Shown piece after piece: positions 27,405-37,345 of a stretch of DNA of 64,000 nucleotides. This stretch comes from an uncultured Oscillospiraceae bacterium. GTDB taxonomy: Bacteria > Bacillota > Clostridia > Oscillospirales > Ruminococcaceae. The DNA is taken from the NCBI GenBank assembly GCA_964650705.1, contig CAZYUJ010000008.1:6762-70761 (forward strand), read 5' to 3'. The notes below the pieces were generated by a model. It did no database searches. It saw nothing but the letters and a program-made list of their open reading frames with translations, and was not told the origin of the DNA. The translations under genes and the position numbers were made by a program. Positions within the stretch are counted from its first letter, which is position 1, and each line of letters opens with the position of its first letter.

Positions 27405-28560
27405 GGTGATTCATATCTTTATCGACGGTTATTACGAAGAAATATTTGCCGTCACTTGGATATTCTTCGGATAGGAGCTGTCGAATTCGGTGAAGATCAA
27501 CGTGTGTGTCAACGGGTTCAACGATATCAAAGAGGACATTTGTGTGAGTCGGGCCGTCAACGATCCTGAAGTCGTGGAAGCTGAGGTCAGAGCTGTACTC
27601 GTTTAATACCGACTCAGTTATTTCATATAATTCTTGGCGAATGGGATTTGAATAGTCGATTGGGTCCATATGGATAGTGAGCATCACTCCGAGTGCATAG
27701 TGTGCCAGCCGCTCGATATTGTCTATCTCATCGTGAATAGCTATCATATCGCCGGAAGCATCGACCTCAACATGGCAGGAAGCAAAGTTTGCGCCGACAC
27801 CGTAGTTATGGATGATAAGATCGTGGATGCCGTTAACGTGTTCACTTGATAACACAAGATCGGTTATGGAATCTACAAGCTCTTTCGAGGGTGGAATGCC
27901 GAGCATCGGGTCTATCGTTTCCTTGACCATTTTCAGTGACGAGAGAACCAGGAAAAGAGACACCAAAAGACCGACGTAGCCGTCGATATTGATCTCGAAA
28001 ACGCCCATTATTATGACGCTCAAAAGAACGGACGAAGTCGAGATGACATCATTTCTTGAATCCATGGCTGCGGCACGGATAGCATCGGAATTGATTGCTT
28101 TTGCAAAATCAAGATATGTAAACATTTGAATCAGCTTTAATATGATCGCGGCGATCAGCGTGACATAGGTCATCCAGGAAAGCGAAAGCTCTTCGGGAGT
28201 AATTATCTTATCGATCGAGCTTTTTGCGAACAAAGCACCGATCACAAGCACCAAAAGTGCAACCAAAAGCGCTGTTATCTGCTCGAATCTTGCGTGACCG
28301 TAGGGGTGGTCTTTATCGGCAGGCTTGCTTGAGATCTTGAAGCCTATCATCGTCAAAACCGATGAGCCGACGTCCATGAGGTTGTTGACGCCGTCCGCAA
28401 TGACGGTGATAGAATTGGAGATCAAGCCGATCACAAGTTTGATGATAAACAGCAAAGCATTCGTGCATATGCCGAAGATGCCCGAAACCGTTCCGTATCG
28501 CTCACGGACTTTGGGATCTGTCACGTTTTGATGATCCTTTATTAAAAGCTTTTTTAGCAT
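27397..28560 (-). CDS. Cation diffusion facilitator (CDF) family transporter
   Basis: 387 aa from the ATG at 28560, with CDF signatures (SNSITVIADGVNNLMD, DKDHPYGHARFE) and a C-terminal cytoplasmic domain. Confidence 0.88.
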   Translation of the reverse strand: MLKKLLIKDHQNVTDPKVRERYGTVSGIFGICTNALLFIIKLVIGLISNSITVIADGVNNLMDVGSSVLTMIGFKISSKPADKDHPYGHARFEQITALLVALLVLVIGALFAKSSIDKIITPEELSLSWMTYVTLIAAIILKLIQMFTYLDFAKAINSDAIRAAAMDSRNDVISTSSVLLSVIIMGVFEINIDGYVGLLVSLFLVLSSLKMVKETIDPMLGIPPSKELVDSITDLVLSSEHVNGIHDLIIHNYGVGANFASCHVEVDASGDMIAIHDEIDNIERLAHYALGVMLTIHMDPIDYSNPIRQELYEITESVLNEYSSDLSFHDFRIVDGPTHTNVLFDIVEPVDTHVDLHRIRQLLSEEYPSDGKYFFVITVDKDMNHHD

Positions 28561-28649
28561 GGAAAAGCCTTCTTTCAATATATTATAAATTCAGTATATC
28601 ACACTGGCAAAATATTTCAAGGTACAGAATTTACTAAATCACTTTCAGC

Positions 28650-28680
28650 AATAAAAAAGCTCCCGAATACGAGAGCTTTT
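28650..28680 (-). terminator. Terminator after the TIGR02206-like gene
   Basis: Minus strand reads AAAAGCTCTCG-TATT-CGGGAGCTTTTTT. Confidence 0.7.
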
Positions 28681-28693
28681 CTGTTTTTATAAT

Positions 28694-29434
28694 TTATGCA
28701 GTTATCAACTTTTTCTTATCACCGATATGCCAAGGAAGGATCATAAGAGCCATCAATCCTCCGAGAATTGCAGCACACGGGAAGATATACCACGGGTCGC
28801 CCAAAACCTCAGGCAGGAATTCGAACGGTGTATCCCGCGCACCGTTAAGGAACACAAAGTCAGTATCCAAGGCTTTGTTCAAAAAATACGTCGGGATGCA
28901 GTAGATGAGCACTGAGGCATATGACCACTTGAAATACTTATATGTGGGTCGTTCACCGTTGATGACGAGAAGTATCGGGAAGAGTATCAAACAAATATGT
29001 ACGGTATAGGAATGAAGGTGCATTGCATTCAAGAAGGGCAAAGAAGTCCATGTAGGAGTCAGAAGCGCCATTGATGCACCCGGAATCCCCAAAGCATAAA
29101 GTATCTGTGCAATTATCTTGCTCCTTGTGAACAGATATACGAACGAGAGAATGAGGTTGATACCGCAAATATGGAAAGGAAGATAATCGGCCTCCCACTC
29201 ACCGACCACAAGACAAAAAATATCTTTAAAGATCTCGTTAGCCAAAAGAGAACATCCGACTATAACCATCATCGTCCATCTCCCCTTTTTGCCGAGACGT
29301 TTGAAAAGAAGAGCCAATCCGACTATGATTGCGATCGCAGCCAGGATCGATAAGATGTGAAACGTGTCGAAAAGCTTGAAACCGACACCGTCGGGAATGT
29401 TTGATTTTGTATACCAAAAATACTCGAAATTCAT
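28694..29434 (-). CDS. Integral membrane protein (YwaF/TIGR02206-like, tentative)
   Basis: 246 aa with about 7 TM helices. The family assignment is from memory of YwaF-like proteins only. Confidence 0.6.
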   Translation of the reverse strand: MNFEYFWYTKSNIPDGVGFKLFDTFHILSILAAIAIIVGLALLFKRLGKKGRWTMMVIVGCSLLANEIFKDIFCLVVGEWEADYLPFHICGINLILSFVYLFTRSKIIAQILYALGIPGASMALLTPTWTSLPFLNAMHLHSYTVHICLILFPILLVINGERPTYKYFKWSYASVLIYCIPTYFLNKALDTDFVFLNGARDTPFEFLPEVLGDPWYIFPCAAILGGLMALMILPWHIGDKKKLITA

Positions 29435-29455
29435 ATTTCCACCTCAAATTAATGA

Positions 29456-30040
29456 TTACAACTCGTCGAGAGTCAAGGAATATGCGGGCAGGAACTCCTC
29501 CAAAAAGATATCTGCTTCGGGTAAAGACATCTTTTTGATAGCTTCAAGCGTCTGACGTTCAGCACTCAAAAAATCGCTGTTGCCTGTTTGACGTTCTTCG
29601 ATACATTTTATAAGCGCAGATATCTTATCGGCGGCTTTAACGATAATGCGAACATCGGGATCGGATTCGTCGTCGAAAATATCTTTATAGCTGTCACGAA
29701 GATCCTCAGGAATTCCGAGCAAAAGCTTTTCTGTTGCCGCCTTTTCAACGTCCTTATAGGCTTCGCTGATTATCGGGCTGTAATACTTTACGGGAGTCGG
29801 AAGATCGCCTGTGATTATCTCCGGGACATCATGATACAGGGCGATCTTTATAGCCTTGCAGGCATCCACATTTCCGCCGAGGCGCTTATTTTTTATCTCA
29901 CAAAGGAGATGAGCGAGCATCGCGACCTCCAAGGAGTGTTCGGCAATGTTTTCGCTTCGGGTGTTTCTCATCAATCCCCAACGTGTGATGTATTTCATTC
30001 GCGAGGTAAGGGCAAAGAAGTTGTTATCATTAACGCTCAC
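29456..30040 (-). CDS. yfbR: HD-domain 5'-deoxynucleotidase (YfbR-like)
   Basis: 194 aa with close full-length resemblance to E. coli YfbR (RWGLMRNTRSENIAEHSLEVAM, YHDVPEIITGDLPTPVKY). Confidence 0.88.
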   Translation of the reverse strand: MSVNDNNFFALTSRMKYITRWGLMRNTRSENIAEHSLEVAMLAHLLCEIKNKRLGGNVDACKAIKIALYHDVPEIITGDLPTPVKYYSPIISEAYKDVEKAATEKLLLGIPEDLRDSYKDIFDDESDPDVRIIVKAADKISALIKCIEERQTGNSDFLSAERQTLEAIKKMSLPEADIFLEEFLPAYSLTLDEL

Positions 30041-30630
30041 AGCTCATCAACCTCCTTCAGATCGGGCTTATATTCTTCGTTATTAACGGCGAAATCCAAG
30101 ATCTTGCCGTAAAACTCGGAAGGATTAAGCATGATCTTGTCGGCAAGCATGTTGGCTTGTTCTTTATCAGGTGCGAAAAGCTTGAGATCCATCAAGACCA
30201 TTGTGCCGTCCGTGCAAAGGCAATTTACGGCGTAGCCGCGATTTTGCTCGGTTACGGATACCTTCACATCGCGGTCATTCTTAAGCTTTGCAAAGAATTT
30301 CAGTCCCGACGACAGTATGCGCTCTCGGAAGGATCTTGGAACGATCTTTTTAAAATCATCAGCTCCTGCTCTGGCGATCTCAGACAAGACATAATACTCC
30401 TCACCGTCACGCTCCTCTATCGTTATAGTGCCCGATTCAAGCATTTGATTCATTGCTTCCATAAAGACGAAGTAGTTGAGCACACCGTCATTGGTTGCGA
30501 TATCTGTGAGCTGATCGGGAGTTATGGGGCGATTTATCTGTTTCAGAAAATAGCAAATAAGTATCTTAACAGCATAGGTATCCGTTAAGTTAAGCATATT
30601 AGGGGTAACGTATTTATCAAAATTGGCCAT
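30037..30630 (-). CDS. DUF4364-family protein (putative wHTH regulator)
   Basis: 197 aa with an N-terminus typical of DUF4364 (ILICYFLKQINRPITPDQLTDI). Has a 4-nt overlap with the downstream HD gene. Confidence 0.6.
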   Translation of the reverse strand: MANFDKYVTPNMLNLTDTYAVKILICYFLKQINRPITPDQLTDIATNDGVLNYFVFMEAMNQMLESGTITIEERDGEEYYVLSEIARAGADDFKKIVPRSFRERILSSGLKFFAKLKNDRDVKVSVTEQNRGYAVNCLCTDGTMVLMDLKLFAPDKEQANMLADKIMLNPSEFYGKILDFAVNNEEYKPDLKEVDEL

Positions 30631-30648
30631 AAAATAATATATCCTTAA

Positions 30649-31878
30649 TTAGTAGTTACTGTTTGTGTAATCGGCAATGCCGCCGACGCGTCTGAAATCG
30701 TCGAAGAAGGTGGGATATTTGCGTGCGATGCACTCAACATTTTTAATGATGACAGGCTCTTGGCACATGGTCGTCAAAATCGCTGATGCCATTGCAATTC
30801 TATAATCGGAATAGGAGTTTATCACGCCGCCTCGAAGCTTTTTGACTCCTTCGATCTCAATAGCATTTGGCAAGGCTTTTGCCTTTCCACCCACTGAATT
30901 TATCATCTCACAAACACGATCGATATATCCGTCGAACTCACGATAATCGGTTTTTATGCCGGTTATACGGCTTTTCCCGTGAAGTGAGCAGGCATATACC
31001 GCAAGGATCGGGACGAGAGTGATTATATCTTTAGCGTCAACGTCAAAGCCTTTACAGTCACTCGACTGAGCATTTCTTATGATTTCGAAGATGACCTTTT
31101 CGGGCTGTGCGGACATAGCATCAAGTCCCGTGACACGGACGTTGCTTGTGATCGCATTTGCCACCACGAAGTTTGCGGCAAGCGAGAAATCCCCGCCTAT
31201 CTCGGTGTCAGCCATGCTGTAATGCTGTCCGCCGCGAATGATATACACGCCGTTTGCATATGCTGTCGGGATCTTTGCTTCCTTCAAGACCTCAGCGGTA
31301 AGATCGGTACCTGCACGAGAGGACTCTTTCGAAGAGACGATTATCATGCTGTCAGTCTCATTATGAGGAAGTGAGAGCAAAAGTCCCGATATATAGGAGT
31401 AGCTGTCAGCATAATGCTCGCCCGAAGGGTATTTCCCCTTAACGGTGAAGGGCATTTTTCCGTGATAATCGAATTCGATATCCTTCACGTCCAACAGCTT
31501 CATAAGGCTGTCAAAGCGCTCGTCAAGCAAAGTTTCGCTTCCGCAAAAAGTTGCATCGATCCTTTCAAAGCAGCAAACGAACGGAAGCATGAGCATTAAC
31601 GTCTCGTGAGATTCACGGCAGTCAATACGTGCCTCATGCACAGGGCGGAAAGAATAGAATATAACGCTGTTTCCAACGATCTCAAAGCTTGCGCCGACCG
31701 CTTTCAATGCGTCAAGAGTTGCACAAACGTCGTCCGAAAAGCTGACGTTTCGAACTGTTGCGGACGGTACTCGCTCAGAAGAAAGAGCAGCACAGATCAG
31801 CTTTCTGTGAGCTTCATATCCCGAGGGAACAGCGGTGACTGTGCCCAAAAGCTTTCTTGGGATTATCCTTATATCCAT
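30649..31878 (-). CDS. EPSP-synthase-fold protein with degenerate active-site motifs (AroA/MurA-like enolpyruvyl transferase family)
   Basis: 409 aa and collinear with AroA (LxGTVxxP...AAL, GGD, DYRIAMA, ARKYPTFFDDF). It lacks PGSKS, LGNAGTA and KETDR. Confidence 0.6.
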   Translation of the reverse strand: MDIRIIPRKLLGTVTAVPSGYEAHRKLICAALSSERVPSATVRNVSFSDDVCATLDALKAVGASFEIVGNSVIFYSFRPVHEARIDCRESHETLMLMLPFVCCFERIDATFCGSETLLDERFDSLMKLLDVKDIEFDYHGKMPFTVKGKYPSGEHYADSYSYISGLLLSLPHNETDSMIIVSSKESSRAGTDLTAEVLKEAKIPTAYANGVYIIRGGQHYSMADTEIGGDFSLAANFVVANAITSNVRVTGLDAMSAQPEKVIFEIIRNAQSSDCKGFDVDAKDIITLVPILAVYACSLHGKSRITGIKTDYREFDGYIDRVCEMINSVGGKAKALPNAIEIEGVKKLRGGVINSYSDYRIAMASAILTTMCQEPVIIKNVECIARKYPTFFDDFRRVGGIADYTNSNY

Positions 31879-31899
31879 ATTAACCTCCGATCATTTTGG

Positions 31900-34263
31900 T
31901 TATATCTTTTTGATTTTCGCAAATGCTGCCATTATCTTTTTTGTGCCTACCTTATCGAAAGCGACCTCGAGCATTGTGTCGCTCGACATCTTGATCGCTC
32001 TGATAACGGTGCCTTCTCCAAAGACATTGTGAGCAACTCTGTCCCCGACATCGAAGCTTTGAGCAGGCGCTTTCGGTGCAGAGGGAGAAGCGCTCTGGCG
32101 GGAAAGTCCGCCGAAGCCGTTTTTGATGGGAGACGGAGCACTTTGCGGTCTTTGACGGTTGGTATCCACAGGCTTATGCTCAAAGCTGAGCTCAACATAG
32201 TCCTTCGGGAGCTCATCAACAAAGCGAGAGGGGCGGTTGAAGCTTGTCGAGCCGAAGAGCATACGCTGTGAAGCACAGCTTAAATATAGATTCTTTCTGG
32301 CACGGGTTATTGCAACGTATGCCAAACGGCGCTCTTCTTCAAGATCCTCTTCCAAATCAACACTTCGTGAGGACGGGAAGATATTCTCCTCAAGTCCTAT
32401 GACAAAGACGTTATCAAACTCAAGGCCCTTCGCAGAGTGAACCGTCATTAGAGTAACTGCGTCGTCATTCGGATCCATTGAGTCAACGTCGGTATAGAGA
32501 GCGATCTCCTCCAAAAAGCCCGATAGAGTGGGCTCTTCAGCGTTCATAGAGTAGTTTACCATCGTTGATTTAAGCTCTTCGATGTTTTCAAGACGGGTAG
32601 CGCCCTCCTCCCCTTGGGAGCGGAGCATATTGAGATAGCCGGTTTTATCGAGAATTTCATCCAAGAGATCGGCAAGAGGGAGGCTGTTTGCCATCAGCTT
32701 AAATTCATCAAACATCAAAGCAACGTCATAAAGCTTGTTGGCGGCACGGGAAAGCGCAGGAATATCACGGGCTGAGCGCATTATATTGAGCACAGGCTCG
32801 CCAAGATCTGATGAGATCTGCTCCAAAAGATCGACCGTTGCGTCGCCGATGCCTCGCTTTGGTTCGTTGATGATCCGCTTCAGGCGGAGCATATCCGTTT
32901 CGTTGTTGATAACGCTCAAATAAGCGATGATGTCCTTAACTTCCTTTCGGTCATAGAACTTCACACCGCCGATAACACGGTATGTAATTCCGCTTGCAAC
33001 AAGTGCGCGCTCAATAGCGTTCGACTGTGCGTTCATTCTATAAAGAACTGCATTGTCGGAATACTTTCCGCCTTTTTTAACTGAGTCAAAAATCTTGTTG
33101 GCAACGAATCTCGCTTCGCCCTGCTCGGTGGATGCTTTGTAAAGCGTGACAAGGCTTCCCTCACCCGAGCTTGTCCAAAGCTTCTTGCCTTTTCTGCCCT
33201 TGTTGTTCTTGATGACTTCGTTGGCACAAGTCAGAATGTTTTGAGTTGAACGGTAGTTCTGTTCAAGTCTTATGACCTTGGCGTTATCGAACTGATGCTC
33301 AAATGAAAGGATGTTCTCAATCGTCGCACCTCGGAATTTATAGATACTTTGGTCGTCATCACCGACAACGCAAAGATTTTTGCGCTTTTGAGAAAGCATT
33401 GAAACCAAGCGATACTGAACCATGTTGGTGTCCTGATACTCGTCAACGAGGATGTATTTATACAGATTCTGATAGTGGTCCAAAACATCGGGAAATTCTT
33501 CAAACAAGCGAACGGTCAAAAGAATTATGTCATCGAAGTCAACAGCATTTGCGCTTATAAGTCGCTTCTGATAAGCATCATACACTCTTGCGTATTGCTG
33601 TTTTCTGTAGTCTCCCGAAGCTTGAGCCATGTATTCGTCGGGAGATATCATGGATTCTTTGGCATGAGATATCTCGCCCAAGCAGGACTTCGGCGGATAC
33701 ATCTTGTCAGACATATTAAGATCCTGTAGGCAGGATTTGATGACTCGCTGAGAATCATCGGTGTCATATATCGTGAAGCTTTTGTCATAGCCGAGCTTTT
33801 CGATCTCACGGCGCAAGATCCTTACGCAGGCAGAGTGGAATGTAGCAGCGGTGATTCCCGAAGCTTTGTCACCGAGCATTTGCGCCAAGCGTTCCTTAAG
33901 CTCCCCTGCTGCTTTATTTGTAAAGGTGATGGCAAGGATGTTCCACGGATTGACACAATCAACCGAAACGATGGCTTTCAAGCGTTCGCTGTCAGTTTCG
34001 ATGCCGTTTGCATAATCCTCCAAAAACTGTTCGTCGGCACGGGTTATGCCGGCATATCTGACCTCATCATAATAAGCGTTGCCGAAATAGATCATATTTG
34101 CAACGCGGTTGACCAAAACAGTTGTCTTTCCGCTTCCCGCACCTGCCAATATAAGCACAGGGCCGTTAACGGTGAACACAGCTTCTTTTTGCATATCGTT
34201 AAGTCTTGAAAAATACTTCGCCAGCGCTTTTCTTTTCAAAGACAGAAATTCTTTATCAGTCAC
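31900..34263 (-). CDS. pcrA: ATP-dependent DNA helicase PcrA/UvrD
   Basis: 787 aa from the GTG at 34263 (GGAGGA 6 nt upstream), with SF1 motifs (AGAGSGKTT, DEYQDTN, VGDDDQSIY, TVHSAKGLEF) and a C-terminal Tudor-like tail. The 966-aa ORF-track N-terminus is spurious. Confidence 0.93.
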   Translation of the reverse strand: MTDKEFLSLKRKALAKYFSRLNDMQKEAVFTVNGPVLILAGAGSGKTTVLVNRVANMIYFGNAYYDEVRYAGITRADEQFLEDYANGIETDSERLKAIVSVDCVNPWNILAITFTNKAAGELKERLAQMLGDKASGITAATFHSACVRILRREIEKLGYDKSFTIYDTDDSQRVIKSCLQDLNMSDKMYPPKSCLGEISHAKESMISPDEYMAQASGDYRKQQYARVYDAYQKRLISANAVDFDDIILLTVRLFEEFPDVLDHYQNLYKYILVDEYQDTNMVQYRLVSMLSQKRKNLCVVGDDDQSIYKFRGATIENILSFEHQFDNAKVIRLEQNYRSTQNILTCANEVIKNNKGRKGKKLWTSSGEGSLVTLYKASTEQGEARFVANKIFDSVKKGGKYSDNAVLYRMNAQSNAIERALVASGITYRVIGGVKFYDRKEVKDIIAYLSVINNETDMLRLKRIINEPKRGIGDATVDLLEQISSDLGEPVLNIMRSARDIPALSRAANKLYDVALMFDEFKLMANSLPLADLLDEILDKTGYLNMLRSQGEEGATRLENIEELKSTMVNYSMNAEEPTLSGFLEEIALYTDVDSMDPNDDAVTLMTVHSAKGLEFDNVFVIGLEENIFPSSRSVDLEEDLEEERRLAYVAITRARKNLYLSCASQRMLFGSTSFNRPSRFVDELPKDYVELSFEHKPVDTNRQRPQSAPSPIKNGFGGLSRQSASPSAPKAPAQSFDVGDRVAHNVFGEGTVIRAIKMSSDTMLEVAFDKVGTKKIMAAFAKIKKI

Positions 34264-34447
34264 AGTAGCTCCTCCGAGAAAATATATGATTGCATAGTAA
34301 TACTTAATAAGTATATCACATAATATCCGCAAATGAAATAGAATTCTACAAAAATATTTTATTAAAATTCTCTTAATATTTGATTTTGGTATAGCATTTT
34401 TGATAACAATAATGTATAATTGTAATATATAAGACATCGGGAAAGGG

Positions 34448-35707
34448 ATGGTGCTTTTGAAGTTTTTCTCCGATAAAAAGTATAATTTGATCTTGAGGTA
34501 TGTGATCTTGGCAATAGTTATAACTATTGCTCTGATATTCGCGATATTCCAGTGGAACGATCTGAAATCTATATTCTCGGCTATTGTCAAGGTGTTTGAG
34601 CCCGTCATTTGGAGCGCTGTTTTGGCATTTATGATGAACCCGATCATGAAATCTGTCGAAAAGTTCTTATCTCGCTTTATTTTCAAGAAAAAGCCGAGAC
34701 CGAAGCTGACAAGAGTGTTGGGAATCGTCGTGGCGTCGATCGTGTTGATAGCCGTTATTGCGGCGATAATTTTGGCGATCATCCCTGAGATCATATCCAA
34801 TATTCCCGGAATTTATGACGGCTTTACTAATGAGATCATCCCTGCTGTTACTGAGTGGGTCAACAAAACGCTTGAGGATAATCCGAATCTTGCATCGATC
34901 GTTTCCAAAGAGATAAACGACTTGTCCCTCAGCTTGCAGTCGCTCTTGAGCTCATTGGTTCCTCAGCTTACGAACCTTTTGTCAAGCGTGTTCGACTTCG
35001 CAAACTCAGTTAAAAACTTTATATTCGGCTTTATTTTGGCTATATATTTCTTATTCAGCAAGAATCAGCTGTCTGCTCAGACCAAAAAGCTTATCGTTGC
35101 TTTGTTCAGAGAAGACGTCTATACAAATATATTTGCTCTTTCCTCGAATACAAACAACGCACTTTTGAACTTTATTTACGGTAAGATCATCGACTCGTTT
35201 ATTATCGGATGCATTTGCTGTATCGGCATGCTTATTTTGAGGATGCCCTATGTCATGCTGATCTCGATAATTATCGGCGTTACGAACATTATCCCTGTGT
35301 TTGGCCCATTCATCGGAGCTATCCCCTGCTCCATTCTTGTTTTGATCGCTGACCCGTCCAAAACGATCTGGTTCATTTTATTCATCTTCGTTTTGCAGCA
35401 ATTTGACGGAAACATTCTCGGGCCCAAGATATTGGGCAACAAGATCGGACTCAGCTCGTTCTGGGTTTTGTTTGCAATCTTGGTGTTTGGAAGTATGTTC
35501 GGAATAGTCGGAATGATCATCGGTGTTCCGATATTTGCAGTTATATTTGATGTTGTCAGCGCTATCGTTAACTCAAGACTTCAGAAAAAAGGTATGCCGA
35601 CAGATCATTCATATTATACGATGCCCGGTGTTGACATCGGCAAAGTTAAAAACGAAAGCGTGATCGAAAAGCCGCAGGAAACGGCAATCGAAAAAGCAGG
35701 CGAATAA
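34448..35707 (+). CDS. AI-2E family transporter (PerM/UPF0118)
   Basis: 419 aa with about 8 TM helices and the conserved motifs TNIIPVFGPFIGAIP and QQFDGNILGPKILG. Confidence 0.85.
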   Translation: MVLLKFFSDKKYNLILRYVILAIVITIALIFAIFQWNDLKSIFSAIVKVFEPVIWSAVLAFMMNPIMKSVEKFLSRFIFKKKPRPKLTRVLGIVVASIVLIAVIAAIILAIIPEIISNIPGIYDGFTNEIIPAVTEWVNKTLEDNPNLASIVSKEINDLSLSLQSLLSSLVPQLTNLLSSVFDFANSVKNFIFGFILAIYFLFSKNQLSAQTKKLIVALFREDVYTNIFALSSNTNNALLNFIYGKIIDSFIIGCICCIGMLILRMPYVMLISIIIGVTNIIPVFGPFIGAIPCSILVLIADPSKTIWFILFIFVLQQFDGNILGPKILGNKIGLSSFWVLFAILVFGSMFGIVGMIIGVPIFAVIFDVVSAIVNSRLQKKGMPTDHSYYTMPGVDIGKVKNESVIEKPQETAIEKAGE

Positions 35708-35713
35708 AAAAAC

Positions 35714-35740
35714 GATCCCCTCTTTTGATAAGAGGGGATC
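35714..35740. terminator. Bidirectional terminator between the AI-2E gene and gpmI
   Basis: GATCCCCTCTT-TTGAT-AAGAGGGGATC with A-run and T-run flanks. Confidence 0.8.
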
Positions 35741-35755
35741 TTTATTATAATCATA

Positions 35756-37330
35756 TCAGATCATGCTGTCTTCCCAACAATCGGGAGCAGTGAGACCAAA
35801 GATGGTTGCAACCGTGGGTGCTACGTTTGCAAGGCCGTATTCTCCGTCCTTGATGACGTAGTCATTCGAGCTGTCATAGATGATGAAAGGAACCTTGTTG
35901 AGGGAGTGAGCAGTTCTAACCTGAACATCGCCCTTCTTGTTCTTTTCGAGCATTTCGTCAGCGTTGCCGTGGTCAGCAGTGATCAAAACGGTGTAACCGA
36001 GCTCATCAGCAGCCTTCAAAACTCTTGCGAGACCGATATCAACTGATTCCACACCGATGATGGTCGCATCAAGATTACCGGTGTGACCAACCATATCGCC
36101 GTTAGGATAGTTGCAGCGAATGAAATCATATTTTCCGCTTCTCATAGCATCAATTACGTCGTCGGTAACTTCAGCAGACTTCATCCAAGGGCGTTCATCG
36201 AAGGAGACCTTATCAGAAGGGATCTCGTTGAAGGTTTCAAGCTCTTCGGAGAACTTTTCACTCTTGTTGCCGTTCCAGAAATAAGTTACGTGACCGTATT
36301 TTTGGGTTTCGGAAACAGCATACTGGCGCAAGCCGTTAGCAACCAAAAGCTCGGAAAGTGTGTTCTTGATCTCAGGGGGATTAACAAGGAACTTTTCGGG
36401 GAGCTTTAAGTCGCCGTCATATTGGAGCATGCCGGCGTATACGACCTTGGGAGCGACTCCTCTGTCGAATGCAGTGAAATCAGCCTGATCGAATGCCATC
36501 GACATTTCGATTGCTCTGTCACCGCGGAAGTTGAAGAGAACAACGCTGTCGTTGTCTAAGATCTTGCCGACGGGCTCGCCGTCCTTAGCGATTACGAATG
36601 CAGGCAAGTCCTGGTCAATAACGCCGAGCTCTTCACGATAGGTGTTGATAGCGTCGGTTGCAGTTTCAAACTGACGTCCGATTCCGTGAACATGAGTGTC
36701 CCATCCGAGCTTGACCATATCCCAGTTAGCTTCGTATCTGTCCATTGTGACCTTCATTCTGCCGCCACCCGAAGCGATGCAAGCGTTGAAGGAATCATCA
36801 TTCAAGGAAGCCATATGAGCTTCGAGAGCATCAACGTAAGTAAGCGCCGAGGTTGCGGGAACGTCACGGCCGTCAAGCAAAACGTGGCACTTAACGCAGG
36901 ATACGCCCATTTCCTTAGCCTTGGTGATCATCTGCATAAGGTGGGAGATGTTCGAGTGAACGTTACCGTCGGACAAAAGACCGATGAAGTGAAGGGTCGA
37001 ATTATTTGCCTTACAGTTATCAACGAGCTCGTTCCAAGTGCTCGATGCGAACATCTTGCCCGACTCGATGGATTCGTTAACGAGCTTTGCACCCTGTGAA
37101 TAGATCTGACCGCAGCCGAGAGCGTTGTGGCCGACTTCAGAGTTGCCCATATCGTCGTCCGAAGGAAGACCGACAGCGGAGCCGTGAGCCTTGAGCTTTG
37201 TGTTGGGGCACTCCTTGAGGAGCTTGTCGAGTGTAGGAGTGTTTGCGAGAGTGACAGCATCGCCGAGACCTGTTACGGAATAGCCTATACCGTCCATTAC
37301 AACTAATACGATAGGTTTGATCATAATCAT
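35756..37330 (-). CDS. gpmI: 2,3-bisphosphoglycerate-independent phosphoglycerate mutase
   Basis: 524 aa with iPGM motifs (VVMDGIG, GNSEVGHNALG, ITADHGNAD). Confidence 0.96.
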   Translation of the reverse strand: MIMIKPIVLVVMDGIGYSVTGLGDAVTLANTPTLDKLLKECPNTKLKAHGSAVGLPSDDDMGNSEVGHNALGCGQIYSQGAKLVNESIESGKMFASSTWNELVDNCKANNSTLHFIGLLSDGNVHSNISHLMQMITKAKEMGVSCVKCHVLLDGRDVPATSALTYVDALEAHMASLNDDSFNACIASGGGRMKVTMDRYEANWDMVKLGWDTHVHGIGRQFETATDAINTYREELGVIDQDLPAFVIAKDGEPVGKILDNDSVVLFNFRGDRAIEMSMAFDQADFTAFDRGVAPKVVYAGMLQYDGDLKLPEKFLVNPPEIKNTLSELLVANGLRQYAVSETQKYGHVTYFWNGNKSEKFSEELETFNEIPSDKVSFDERPWMKSAEVTDDVIDAMRSGKYDFIRCNYPNGDMVGHTGNLDATIIGVESVDIGLARVLKAADELGYTVLITADHGNADEMLEKNKKGDVQVRTAHSLNKVPFIIYDSSNDYVIKDGEYGLANVAPTVATIFGLTAPDCWEDSMI

Positions 37331-37345
37331 ATGTCCTTTCAGCTA

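Noticed and set aside
34264-34800. N-terminal ~180 aa of the 966-aa ORF containing pcrA
   Set aside because: The translation is an Ile/Lys/Phe-rich reading of AT-rich intergenic DNA and overlaps the convergently oriented start of the AI-2E gene. A GTG with a GGAGGA SD at 34263 gives a normal PcrA N-terminus.
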